Of a stretch of 17,164 bases of DNA, positions 1 to 14,187 are shown in pieces. This stretch comes from Thermofilaceae archaeon (GTDB taxonomy: Archaea; Thermoproteota; Thermoprotei; Thermofilales; Thermofilaceae). The notes under the pieces are model-generated. The model worked only from the letters and a program-made list of their open reading frames with translations. It was not told the DNA's origin and made no database searches. The stretch covers positions 1 to 17,164 of the forward strand of contig JAVYWK010000034.1 of NCBI GenBank assembly GCA_038727095.1, written 5' to 3'. A program made the translations under genes and the position numbers. The first letter of the stretch is position 1, and the number at the start of each line of letters is the position of its first letter.

Positions 1-529
1 GCTCGTACGCGTGGGACAGGTAGAAGCCGTCGAGGTTCACCATGGCGGGGAGCAGCACCCCCTCGTCCTCGGCCACCCGGTAAGCTTGTATCACCATGTC
101 CATTGCTTCTTGCGCGCTCTCAGCCCAAAACTGTATCCAGCCGGCGTCCCTCACGGCGAAGGCGTCGTTGTGGTCGCACCAGATGCTCCATGGAGGGGCG
201 ATCGAGCGGTTCACAACGGCCATCACTATCGGTAGGCGCGCGCCGCCCGCCCAGAACACCATCTCACTCATGTAGAGAAGGCCCTGCGACGAGGTAGCCG
301 TGAACGTTCTGGCGCCACCCGCAGCCGCGCCGATGCAGGCAGCCATCGCGCTGTGCTCGGACTCAACGTTGATGAACCGGGCTTTCAGCTCCCCCTTCTC
401 GACGAGCTCGGCTATCTTCTCGACGATAGTCGTCTGCGGCGTGATCGGGTACGCTGCGACCACCTGCACCCTGGCCAGCTTGACGGCGAAAGCGACAGCC
501 TCGTTGCCCGAGACCACTACGCGCGGCAC
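1..529 (-). CDS. porA: Pyruvate/2-oxoacid:ferredoxin oxidoreductase alpha subunit (3' end beyond window)
   Basis: Not in the ORF track because it runs off the window. Manual translation from GTG at 529 gives [41 protein letters not shown]...[33 protein letters not shown]..., with the PorA motifs YPITP, ESEHSA and TATSSQGL. It follows the gamma and delta subunits. Confidence 0.95.
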   Translation of the reverse strand, partial: MPRVVVSGNEAVAFAVKLARVQVVAAYPITPQTTIVEKIAELVEKGELKARFINVESEHSAMAACIGAAAGGARTFTATSSQGLLYMSEMVFWAGGARLPIVMAVVNRSIAPPWSIWCDHNDAFAVRDAGWIQFWAESAQEAMDMVIQAYRVAEDEGVLLPAMVNLDGFYLSHAYE

Positions 530-533
530 AATC

Positions 534-794
534 TCACCCCTCCTCCACCATCGTGATGGCCTTGGTGGGGCACTCGCGGGCGCAGATACCGCAACCCTTG
601 CAATAGTCGTAGTCGATGGCGACGCTGTCGTCCTCGCCCCTCACCACGGCCGCCTCGGGGCAGTAGAGCCAGCAGAGCAGGCACTTGACGCACCGGCTCT
701 GATCCAGCACCGGCCGCTCCGTCCTCCACGAGCCCGTGAGGCCGGCTGAGCCCTTCACGGGCGAAGCTACCGAAGTCAGAGGTAGGCTAGCCAA
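534..794 (-). CDS. porD: 2-oxoacid:ferredoxin oxidoreductase delta subunit (2x[4Fe-4S] ferredoxin)
   Basis: [10 protein letters not shown] motif followed by two CxxCxxCxxxCP motifs ([24 protein letters not shown]). Lies between the gamma and alpha genes and overlaps gamma by 8 nt. Confidence 0.95.
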   Translation of the reverse strand: MASLPLTSVASPVKGSAGLTGSWRTERPVLDQSRCVKCLLCWLYCPEAAVVRGEDDSVAIDYDYCKGCGICARECPTKAITMVEEG

Positions 795-1332
795 CTCCCC
801 TCACCTCCTCGTGCGCCCTCTCTGCCGCCTCCGCGTTGAGCTCACCGAGCCTCCCGCCCCACGTGCTCTTTATGGCCTCCTTCACCGATTCCAGGGAGAT
901 TAGAGGCCACACCCTGGTCAAAGCCCCCAGCATGGCCGTGTTAACGACGGGCCAGCCGGCCACTACCAGCCCCAATCCCTTCGCAATCGCGGTTGCGTCC
1001 ACCCAGTAGACGCGTTTAACGGGGACCTCGGGCCTTGAGGGCGCGTTCGCGAGGAGCATACCATCGTCTTTGACCTTAAACGGGATCGACCTGAGGAGCG
1101 CCCTATCGAGGACGACGAGGATGTCCGGCTCGCTAATCTGGCTCCTCAACCGGACGGGTTTATCGGAGATCCTGGCGAAGGAGTAGACCGGCGCCCCCCT
1201 CCTCTCCCCGCCGAAGAGCGGAACAGCCTGCCCGTGCAAGCCCTCTGCTGCCGCCGCGTGGACTAGCAGGCGCGCCGCTACGACGGCGCCTTGCCCTCCC
1301 CGGGCGTAGAAGCAGATCTCCTGAAGCATCAT
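787..1332 (-). CDS. porG: 2-oxoacid:ferredoxin oxidoreductase gamma subunit
   Basis: ARGGQGAV, FGGERRGAPV and VNTAMLGAL motifs of the PorG/PorC gamma family; first gene of the gamma-delta-alpha operon. Confidence 0.93.
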   Translation of the reverse strand: MMLQEICFYARGGQGAVVAARLLVHAAAAEGLHGQAVPLFGGERRGAPVYSFARISDKPVRLRSQISEPDILVVLDRALLRSIPFKVKDDGMLLANAPSRPEVPVKRVYWVDATAIAKGLGLVVAGWPVVNTAMLGALTRVWPLISLESVKEAIKSTWGGRLGELNAEAAERAHEEVRGVG

Positions 1333-1351
1333 GCTCGAGAGGAGAGCCAGA

Positions 1352-1360
1352 CTTAATAAG
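1352..1360. promoter_or_regulatory. Putative shared TATA element for the divergent por operon and acd
   Basis: CTTAATAAG is the main AT-rich element in the short intergenic gap. It lies about 20-30 nt from both the porG start (1332/1329, minus) and the in-frame GTG at 1385 (plus), matching archaeal leaderless promoter spacing. Confidence 0.5.
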
Positions 1361-1384
1361 GTAAACTAGTGGCATTTGTTTAAC

Positions 1385-3490
1385 GTGGCAAGCGGAGGTT
1401 TAGCTGCATTCCTTAAGCCCGGCAGCGTAGCTGTTGTAGGTGCTTCTAGAGAACCCTCGAAGATAGGGCACAGAGTTCTACGCAACATCCTTTCCTCCGG
1501 TTTCCGGGGTCGGGTTTACGCGGTGAATCCTAATGCTTCGGAGATTCTGGGTGTGAAGTGTTACCCGAGTATCCTGGATGTCCCGGAGCCTGTTGACCTC
1601 GCTGTGGTTACTGTGCCGGCGAAGCTCGTACCCCAGGTGGTCGAGGAGTGCGGGAGGAAGGGTGTGAAAGCGGTAGCCGTCATCTCCAGCGGATTCAAGG
1701 AGGTGGGGAACATCGAGCTCGAGAAACAACTCGTCGAAACAGCAAGGAAACACGGAATCCGAATCCTCGGACCCAACATCGTCGGCGTCTGGGATACCTC
1801 CACGCCCATAAACTACAGCTTCATTGACGCGTCCCCGCTCCCCGGTTCCATAGCCTTCCTGTCGCAGAGCGGGGCTCTGATAACGTCGTTAATCTGGTGG
1901 ACGAGGGAGAGGGGTATCGGGTTCTCCAGCCTCGTGAGCTTGGGGAACAAAGCGGACGTGGGGGAGAGCGACCTCCTCGCCCTACTGAGGGAGGATCCGC
2001 GGACCAAGGTGATCGCAATCTACATGGAGGGGTTGAACCCCGGTGAGGGGAGGCGCTTCCTCAAGGAAGCGGCGAAGACCACCGCCGTTAAACCCATCGT
2101 GGTTTTAAAGGCTGGAAGGACGGAGGCAGCGGCCGAAGCGATAAGGTCCCACACCGGCTCCCTGGCGGGCTCCGATGAAGTGTACGATGCGGCTTTCCGG
2201 CAGGCGCGCGTGCTCAGGGCTGGAAGCCTAGCCGAGCTGTTCAACTGGGCCCTAGCTCTAGCCCTCTCCCCTCCGCCCACCGACGGATCGGTGGTCGTCC
2301 TCACCCACGGCGGCGGCGCGGGCGTGCTGGCGGCCGACGAGCTCGGTGAAGCGGGAATCGAGCTGGAACCGCTGCCGCCCGACCTGCAGGAGAGGGTGAG
2401 GAAGTTCATGCCCCCCTTCGGCAGCTCGCGCAACCCAGTCGACCTCACTGGCATGATGACGGGTGAGAGCTTGAGAGGGGCTCTCACCGAGCTGCTCAAG
2501 GACGACAGGGTTGGGAGCGTGCTCGTCTGGGCGGGCCAGGGCGCGCTACCAACCCCCGAGGAGCTTCGAGACGCCGTGCTCTCGGCCGTTAGGGAGGCGG
2601 GGTTGAGGAAGCCGCTCGTCGTGTCGCTCACGGGGGGAGCTGAGTGCGATGCAGCGCTCAAAGACCTCATAGCTGCGGGCGTGCCAAGCTACGAGTCGCC
2701 CGAGATCGCCGCTCGCTCCCTAGCGGCCGTCCTGAGGTACTACAGGTTCAAGGCTCCGCCGGCCGGGAAGGTTGAGGTGGAGGGGGATAGGAGCGCGGCG
2801 GGCGAGATCATCGCCAGGGCGGTGAGCGAGGGGCGGAGGCTCCTAACGCCGATGGAGGCTTTCCGCGTGGCTAGAGCTTTCGGGATCCCGGTCGTGGAGG
2901 CGAGGTTCGCCCGAAGCGTTGAAGAAGCCATCGAAGCTGCGAGAACCATCGGCTATCCCGTTGCGCTCGCCGTCGAGACGCCCGACGTAGCTCACAAGAC
3001 GGAGGTCGGCGGCATACTCTTGAACATAGGCTCGGACGAGGAGCTGCGCGAAGCTTACGCGAGGGTGCTCCGGACCTTCGCTGAGAGAGCCCACGGAGCC
3101 CGGCTGCTGGGGGTTTCGGTCAGAAAGATGATGCCCCCAGGGGTTGAGGTCTTCATCGGGGCGAAGCGCGACCCGATCTTCGGGACGGTCGTAGCCTTCG
3201 GCTGGGGCGGCATCGCCGTGGAGCTCATCAGGGACGTGTCGATCCGCGTTGCTCCGCTAAGCGTGAGAGAGGCGGAGGAGATGGTGCTCGAAACGAAGGT
3301 AGGGAAGCTCCTCCACGGCTACAGGGGGGCGCCCCTGGATACCGGCACCGTAATTGGGCTGATACCAAGCGAAGCGGGGATACTCGAGACCTTTGACGTT
3401 GTGGAAGCCGTCGACGTTAACCCGATCTACGTTTACGCGAGGGGGGCCGTTGCGGTTGACGTAAAAATCTACCTCAAGGCTTCACCCTGA
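1385..3490 (+). CDS. acd: ADP-forming acetate/acyl-CoA ligase, fused alpha+beta (ACD)
   Basis: CoA-binding VAVVGASREPSKIG, ILGPN, SLGNKAD, phospho-His motif SHTGSLAG and NPVDLTG. C-terminal ATP-grasp beta domain with HKTEVGG, GAKRDPIFG and DVNP. Start is GTG 1385 or TTG 1376. Confidence 0.93.
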   Translation: MASGGLAAFLKPGSVAVVGASREPSKIGHRVLRNILSSGFRGRVYAVNPNASEILGVKCYPSILDVPEPVDLAVVTVPAKLVPQVVEECGRKGVKAVAVISSGFKEVGNIELEKQLVETARKHGIRILGPNIVGVWDTSTPINYSFIDASPLPGSIAFLSQSGALITSLIWWTRERGIGFSSLVSLGNKADVGESDLLALLREDPRTKVIAIYMEGLNPGEGRRFLKEAAKTTAVKPIVVLKAGRTEAAAEAIRSHTGSLAGSDEVYDAAFRQARVLRAGSLAELFNWALALALSPPPTDGSVVVLTHGGGAGVLAADELGEAGIELEPLPPDLQERVRKFMPPFGSSRNPVDLTGMMTGESLRGALTELLKDDRVGSVLVWAGQGALPTPEELRDAVLSAVREAGLRKPLVVSLTGGAECDAALKDLIAAGVPSYESPEIAARSLAAVLRYYRFKAPPAGKVEVEGDRSAAGEIIARAVSEGRRLLTPMEAFRVARAFGIPVVEARFARSVEEAIEAARTIGYPVALAVETPDVAHKTEVGGILLNIGSDEELREAYARVLRTFAERAHGARLLGVSVRKMMPPGVEVFIGAKRDPIFGTVVAFGWGGIAVELIRDVSIRVAPLSVREAEEMVLETKVGKLLHGYRGAPLDTGTVIGLIPSEAGILETFDVVEAVDVNPIYVYARGAVAVDVKIYLKASP

Positions 3491-3507
3491 AGTTTCTAGC
3501 GTCTTTT

Positions 3508-4182
3508 TCACAGCGATCCGAAAACGTTCGCGAGCGCCAGGATTGCCAGCGAGACGAGGGGTACAGTTATGTTGTCGTCTAGGGGTTTCAGCTCAAAGTG
3601 CTCAACGACGCTCGACGCAAGCCCGGCCAACGCCCCCCAGAGGCCAGCATAAACGTAGCCAATGGGGATGCAGACGGCAGCCATCGCAGCGTTGCCGGCC
3701 CAAGCCTTCGTCCTCCTCCTGTAAATCATGTTTCTCACGACGCCTGTGACGGAGTCGCCGAAGGACATGAAGGCTGTTGGAACAACTGCGTAAATCAGCG
3801 TGCCGAACAGCAGCCAGCTGAGTAGTAGGCTGAGGCCCCAAGTGACGCAGAAGTGAACCTCGTAGATGTTCTCCGGGTCCTGGAACCAGTAGAGCAGCTT
3901 ACCAGTCCTATGCGGTAGGTAGGTGAAAACGGCCAGTATCATCGCGAACACGAAAGGCACGAAGGGCGTCTGAAACAGGTACGGCGCGAGCAGGGCTACA
4001 ACTCCACCCGCGCCGACGTGGATGATCTTCCTGTTGTAGTAGATCGCGACGTTGTGGGTCAACCCCTTCGAGCGCATCGCATCGTACGTTTTCTTCGTGA
4101 GGAGGGTCACTAGGAAAACTATCCAGATGAACAGCACGGCGGCGTACATCAGCTCCACAGGTCTGAATAGCTCGGCTGTCAC
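3508..4182 (-). CDS. Dolichol/phytol kinase-like integral membrane protein (cytidylyltransferase family)
   Basis: Multiple hydrophobic segments with RKIIH, FGDSVTGVV, K-x-W-x-G and DDNITVP motifs typical of the dolichol kinase/CTP_transf_1 family. Confidence 0.75.
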   Translation of the reverse strand: MTAELFRPVELMYAAVLFIWIVFLVTLLTKKTYDAMRSKGLTHNVAIYYNRKIIHVGAGGVVALLAPYLFQTPFVPFVFAMILAVFTYLPHRTGKLLYWFQDPENIYEVHFCVTWGLSLLLSWLLFGTLIYAVVPTAFMSFGDSVTGVVRNMIYRRRTKAWAGNAAMAAVCIPIGYVYAGLWGALAGLASSVVEHFELKPLDDNITVPLVSLAILALANVFGSL

Positions 4183-4224
4183 GATTGGCTCTGTTTTTAG
4201 CCGTAAAAAAGGGATGCTATCGCC

Positions 4225-9633
<5,409 letters not shown>

Positions 9634-9692
9634 GTCTCAGCGGGGCACAAGAGGCAAAAAAGCGTTTACACTCAAACCTTCCACTCTAGTCC

Positions 9693-10217
9693 CTACGCCT
9701 GGGTAAAGCGAATGGATAGACTAGCAGCCTCGCCCGCCGAAACCCACGATGGAACTAAGATTTCAACCCCCAGTACTGCGCACTCCCCGGGCTCCAGATC
9801 GAGCGGCCTACTCGAGGTTAAGAGGGGAAGCGAGAGCACAAGGCTGCTTTCCCCTACCCTCCTAGCCAGCCGTAAATTGAACACGCTGGGCCACCCATCC
9901 CCCGGCACATCAGCTACTTCGAGCCTAAGGGTGAGCTTTCGATTACCGATGTTGCAGACGCGCAGTAGATCGCTGTAGCTCGTGGGAGACCCGATGAAGC
10001 CGGTGAGCGCGACTACCGTCCCGTTGGCTGCCTCGGCGACAGAAGCGTAGACTCCATCAGCGTCTTCACCCGCCTCTACGATGAGGAAGCTAGCCAGCTC
10101 TTCCTGCGTCAATCCCTCTACCCGTCCCACGATGAGCAGAGCGGAGGCTATCACCGTTATGATGAGAAGCGCGGTAACCGCTATCCTCCGCCTAGGATTT
10201 CCCATAATTCCACGCAA
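9693..10217 (-). CDS. Hypothetical exported/membrane-anchored protein
   Basis: Basic N-terminus (PRRR) followed by a hydrophobic helix and a beta-rich remainder; fills the gap between co-oriented genes. Start is TTG 10217 or ATG 10205. Confidence 0.7.
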   Translation of the reverse strand: MRGIMGNPRRRIAVTALLIITVIASALLIVGRVEGLTQEELASFLIVEAGEDADGVYASVAEAANGTVVALTGFIGSPTSYSDLLRVCNIGNRKLTLRLEVADVPGDGWPSVFNLRLARRVGESSLVLSLPLLTSSRPLDLEPGECAVLGVEILVPSWVSAGEAASLSIRFTQA

Positions 10218-10262
10218 ACAACTTGTTTTCCAACCTTAAAAACGGTGTAGTTCTACGGGGCT

Positions 10263-11168
10263 TCAAGTGCCGTCCACCTCTACGCGGTACACTTCCTCAA
10301 CTTTCCACTCGAGCTGCCGGTGGTAGCTCGGGTGGGGCTGGAACTCCCTCGCTCTCGACAGCCAGTCCGGTAACCCTACGGCCTTTATCCTGGCCGGGTC
10401 GATGCAGCCGTACCCCCACTCCGACAGGTGGTGTAGGTAGCCAATGTTTCGCGGATCAAACCCCATGAGGGCGGCTGCAGCCGCGTCAACCGTGACAGCG
10501 TTTCTCCCGCCGACCGATACGCCGAGTTTCACCGGGGTTCCATTGGTGGGGCCGGCCCCCTCCATCCCCACGGCTCCATCGATGAGAGCCAGCTTCGGCA
10601 TCATCTTCGTCGCCAGGTAGGCGATGTTGAGGTTGATCGCCGGGTAACCCTGGTGGATCTTGTGCCTGTCACCGGGCATGATCGCTCCGACAACGACGTT
10701 CTTGATCGAGAGCGTGACGATGACCGTGTCGTGAGTCTTCGGCCTCACCACCGAGACGAGGTACCTGCTCTTCAGCACGGTCTCCGAAACCCTGACCCGA
10801 ACCCTCCGCTCCAAGTTCCGGTCCCAGACGTAGAACTCCTCGTAGCTGTCGCCCGAGAGGTCGACCAGCTCGACGCCGTAGTCGAGGAGCCTGTCGTACC
10901 CGAAGTTCCTGATTGCATCCTTGAAGCTACCTATCGTAGGGGCCTCCGCAACTAAAACCCTGCACCTTCCGGCAAGCTTCTTCGCAATCTCCTCCACCGC
11001 TTCCACTGGTGTGGCGGAGAGCTCGCGGTAGGCGGAGACGAAGTTGACTTTGACGAGGATCTCACCGGCCTTCAGCGCATCCTCAAGCCCCATCAGGTCG
11101 AGCACGCGCCTAACTCCTACGCCTGGCTCCCCACCCTCCGCAGCGTAGATTTCGCATGACACAGTCAT
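10263..11168 (-). CDS. DUF362 domain-containing protein
   Basis: ILVKVNFV, RPKTHDTVIVTLSIKN, IDGAVGMEGAGP and NAVTVDAAAAALMGFDP..IGYL, typical of DUF362; no C-terminal ferredoxin domain. Confidence 0.85.
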   Translation of the reverse strand: MTVSCEIYAAEGGEPGVGVRRVLDLMGLEDALKAGEILVKVNFVSAYRELSATPVEAVEEIAKKLAGRCRVLVAEAPTIGSFKDAIRNFGYDRLLDYGVELVDLSGDSYEEFYVWDRNLERRVRVRVSETVLKSRYLVSVVRPKTHDTVIVTLSIKNVVVGAIMPGDRHKIHQGYPAINLNIAYLATKMMPKLALIDGAVGMEGAGPTNGTPVKLGVSVGGRNAVTVDAAAAALMGFDPRNIGYLHHLSEWGYGCIDPARIKAVGLPDWLSRAREFQPHPSYHRQLEWKVEEVYRVEVDGT

Positions 11169-11186
11169 TGGGGCAGGCCCGGACTT

Positions 11187-12881
11187 TTAACCCTTTAGGG
11201 GGGCTACGATTACCGGTGCCCCGTCAACCTCCAGCTCGAGCTCGCCCCCGATCGCTTCGACGACCTCCCGGAGGCCCAAGGTTCGTATGACGAGCGCGCG
11301 CTGGCTGCCTAAGCTCAGCTTCACAGTCCTCGCGGGACCCGAAGTCCAGACCACCAGCCTCATCTCCTCCCCCCTCTGGAGCACGAGCAGGTATGCTCCC
11401 TCACCCAGCGCGCGGGCCTCCTTGGGCGCGTAGCCGGCAAGCTCCCGGTTGAAGTTGTAGATGGCGTAGTAGGCAGGCTTGATGAAGAACCACTCGGGCC
11501 CCCTCACGTGGTGGGCTACGAGGCCGAAGTTGTGCTCCGAGTCGGCGAGCGAGAGCCCGTCGTCCTTCCAGTCGTAGATTATCGTTAAAGGGATGCCCGC
11601 CATCAAGTTGGTGAGGTAGATCCTCAGCGAGTAGTGGGCCTGCGTAACCACGTCGACCCGGTTCGCGTAGGCCCCGCCCGTCGTGTAGCCCCACTCGCTG
11701 CACACGATCGTTTTGTCCCCTACGATGCTCCGGAGCCTCTCGTAGTCGGTCAAAACGGTCTCCGGGGGCCCACCCCTGTAGGGGTGCACCGAGACCGCGT
11801 CGACGAGCTCGAGCGCACCCCTCACCGCAAGGGCTCTGACGAACTCCACGTCAACGCCGGAGGTCGCCGGCGCCAGGACGAGGCAGCCGGGGCAGGACTC
11901 CTTAATCACTCTCGAAGCTGCCGCGAGCAGCCGGGCGTAATCCGGTGCGCTGGGTTGAGGCTTCCAGAAGACTTCGATGTTAGGCTCGTTCCAAACCTCC
12001 CAGAGCGCGTAAGCACCGTACCTAGAGGCGGCGGCCCCAGCGTAGCTCGCGTAAGCGGACCTAGCCTCCTCGCTGCGCGGCGGCTGCCCACCATCGTAGA
12101 GCGGGTTCCCGTAGCAGAGGATGTAGAGGGGCCGCAGCCCCCGCTCCTTGAGAGCAGAGGTTAGAGCGTCGTAGCCGGAGAAGTCGTAAGCACCCCTCTC
12201 CCTCTCCACGGTGCTCCAGAAGAGGTCCATCCTGATCAGCTTGAAGCCGGCGTAGGCGATCATGTCGAGGTCCCTCAGCTCGAAGGGCGAAGGCGCGATG
12301 AAGTGGATGTTGACGCCGAGCCCCTCCGGGACGATGAGGCGGGGTAGGCCGCCCTCGGGCGCTTCCCACCGGACGGGTTCGTCGAGCACTGCCAGCAGCC
12401 AGGGGTAAGAATCTAGGTTCGTCCGCCTGAAGGGCTCCGTGTTTGAATCGAACTCTCCGACCCCCACCACCCTCAGCGCAGCGCGGTAGAGAGCTGGCTC
12501 GAGGCTTGCGGTGTCAACTTCGAACCAGAGCCGCGTCACCCGCCGGGCTGGAGCAGCACCCTCGCCGACCTTCAGCAGCTGTTGAGGCTTGTCGAGCGGG
12601 GCCAGGAGGAGCTCCACTTTCAAGTAGCTATCGTTGGGGTTGTTAACCTCAAACTCGAAGGCTGCTAGCTCGCCTCGTCGGAAGAAGTTCCTCTTCATCA
12701 ACGGGTCGGGGTAGAGCTGGAAGTTGCCCGCGCAACCTTCATGAGTGATCCTGACGTAGAACCTCTGCTCACCCACACCCTTCGCCCGCTGCTCCGGGCG
12801 GAAAAGCATCATCGCTGCTAGAGCTGCCGCAGCTACGAGCAGAGCAAAGGCGATTACGGCTAGCCGCCTACTGTGAAGCAC
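11187..12881 (-). CDS. Exported/membrane-anchored clan GH-A glycoside hydrolase (GH5/GH39-like)
   Basis: N-terminal signal/anchor helix and an Ig-like beta region, then GVNIHF, IRMDLFWSTVE, WEVWNEPN (acid/base), VSVHPYR, CSEWGY (nucleophile), IYDWKDDG and NFGL. Confidence 0.85.
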   Translation of the reverse strand: MLHSRRLAVIAFALLVAAAALAAMMLFRPEQRAKGVGEQRFYVRITHEGCAGNFQLYPDPLMKRNFFRRGELAAFEFEVNNPNDSYLKVELLLAPLDKPQQLLKVGEGAAPARRVTRLWFEVDTASLEPALYRAALRVVGVGEFDSNTEPFRRTNLDSYPWLLAVLDEPVRWEAPEGGLPRLIVPEGLGVNIHFIAPSPFELRDLDMIAYAGFKLIRMDLFWSTVERERGAYDFSGYDALTSALKERGLRPLYILCYGNPLYDGGQPPRSEEARSAYASYAGAAASRYGAYALWEVWNEPNIEVFWKPQPSAPDYARLLAAASRVIKESCPGCLVLAPATSGVDVEFVRALAVRGALELVDAVSVHPYRGGPPETVLTDYERLRSIVGDKTIVCSEWGYTTGGAYANRVDVVTQAHYSLRIYLTNLMAGIPLTIIYDWKDDGLSLADSEHNFGLVAHHVRGPEWFFIKPAYYAIYNFNRELAGYAPKEARALGEGAYLLVLQRGEEMRLVVWTSGPARTVKLSLGSQRALVIRTLGLREVVEAIGGELELEVDGAPVIVAPLKG

Positions 12882-12901
12882 AAGAAAAAGAAAGTAGGAA
12901 T

Positions 12902-12924
12902 GGATAAATTTTTAGGATAAATTT
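12902..12924. repeat. 10-bp direct repeat GGATAAATTT x2 (tandem TATA-like) upstream of the glycosidase gene
   Basis: GGATAAATTT at 12902-12911 and 12915-12924. On the minus strand this reads AAATTTATCC, with the proximal copy about 22-30 nt before the GTG at 12881. Confidence 0.6.
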
Positions 12925-14032
12925 AGAGGCTGCCTTTGAGCGACCTCAGGAATGCGATTCTCTTCGGTATCGGCGGGTGGGTTGCGAAGAGCTCTTCGAG
13001 GCTGACGAAGGGGTCTGCTAGGGCGTAGATGAAGAGCATCTTCATCTTGCTGCTGTCCACTCTCGCCTTTGCGGTTCTGTACCTGCTGTAGAACGAGTCG
13101 AGAGCCTGGAGGGCTCCGATCATCGCGTCCGGTGACGTCACTTTTGCCCCGTGGGCGTCAGCGTAGTGCTCTCTCAGCCTCGAGAGCGCTAGAACGACCA
13201 GCTGCATGATGACGCTGACCACCATCAACGCGATGCCAGCGAGAACCAGGATGAAGCCCCCTCCCTCACTCTTCCTGTTGCCGTCGTAGCGGTAGCGCGA
13301 CGCGTAGAAGCCTGCGTAAGTCAGGTAGCGGCCGAGGAAGTAGATGACGGAGGGCACGAGGCCGAAGAGCAGCATGACCACGTTGTCCCTGTGCTTGTGG
13401 TGGCCCAGCTCGTGTCCGATGACTGCCTCGAGCTCCGGCCCCCTAGCGATCTGAAGCAGCCCCTCGGTTACCGCCACGTACCTGCCGAAGAGTGGAGAGG
13501 AGTAGGCGAAGGCGTTCGGTTCCTTCATCCTGGTCGCGATCATCGCCTTCGGCGGCTTCATGCCCGACTGGGCGGCGAGCCTATCCACGATCTGCTGGAG
13601 GACCGGGTCGGGCTTGCACCCGTAAATCAGGTTGATGAGAGCCGGCGACAGGAGCCAGGAGAAGAGGGAGGGGATGAGCGCGAAGAGGAGCGCCACGGTC
13701 ATCAGCTGCATCGTGAGCTCTTCACCCAGCAGCGAGGAGAGCCCGGCGAAGACGAGCAGGGCACCCCCGAGTACTCCGGCCATCGTGGCGAGCATAGCTG
13801 CCCTCAGCGCGTCAAGGCTCGGGGGCGTCGGGGCGAGGTACCTGCCGAAAAGGCCCGCAGCCGCGATGAGGGTGGTCATCGAGATCGCGTAGGCCACCAA
13901 GTCGACCAGCCACCAGCCCGCATAGGGAGTGTAGAAGGCCGGTGCAAACCACGAGAGAGCGACCTGCAAGATTAGCATCACGATCGCTGCCACAGCGAAC
14001 AGCGCGAGCAGGAGCAAGAGTTTCTCCCTCAT
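12923..14032 (-). CDS. htpX: Zinc metalloprotease HtpX (peptidase M48)
   Basis: PNAFAY, VAVTEGLL, HELGH (HExxH), LSRLREHYAD and ELFATHPP..RI, with multiple TM helices. Start is ATG 14032 (GGAGTGA upstream) or ATG 14050. Confidence 0.93.
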   Translation of the reverse strand: MREKLLLLLALFAVAAIVMLILQVALSWFAPAFYTPYAGWWLVDLVAYAISMTTLIAAAGLFGRYLAPTPPSLDALRAAMLATMAGVLGGALLVFAGLSSLLGEELTMQLMTVALLFALIPSLFSWLLSPALINLIYGCKPDPVLQQIVDRLAAQSGMKPPKAMIATRMKEPNAFAYSSPLFGRYVAVTEGLLQIARGPELEAVIGHELGHHKHRDNVVMLLFGLVPSVIYFLGRYLTYAGFYASRYRYDGNRKSEGGGFILVLAGIALMVVSVIMQLVVLALSRLREHYADAHGAKVTSPDAMIGALQALDSFYSRYRTAKARVDSSKMKMLFIYALADPFVSLEELFATHPPIPKRIAFLRSLKGSL

Positions 14033-14187
14033 ACCATCACTCCGTAACATCCGTTCCCACAAGGGGGGTAAAAAGTTTCTGTACGAATGGTTCGCTACCC
14101 CCTAAACCAAAAGGGGGCTCCGCTCGAGCGCGCCCCCGGCTCCGGCGGCGCGCGGCGCTTAAATGGCTCCACTGCCTGCTCGTACCG

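Noticed and set aside
11-749. Plus-strand ORFs 11-235, 103-297, 300-749 and 353-556
   Set aside because: Antisense to the clearly identifiable porA and porD.
13942-14187. 82-aa N-terminal extension of the THUMP-SPOUT ORF
   Set aside because: Overlaps htpX and the promoter gap; a TATA box points to ATG 14188.
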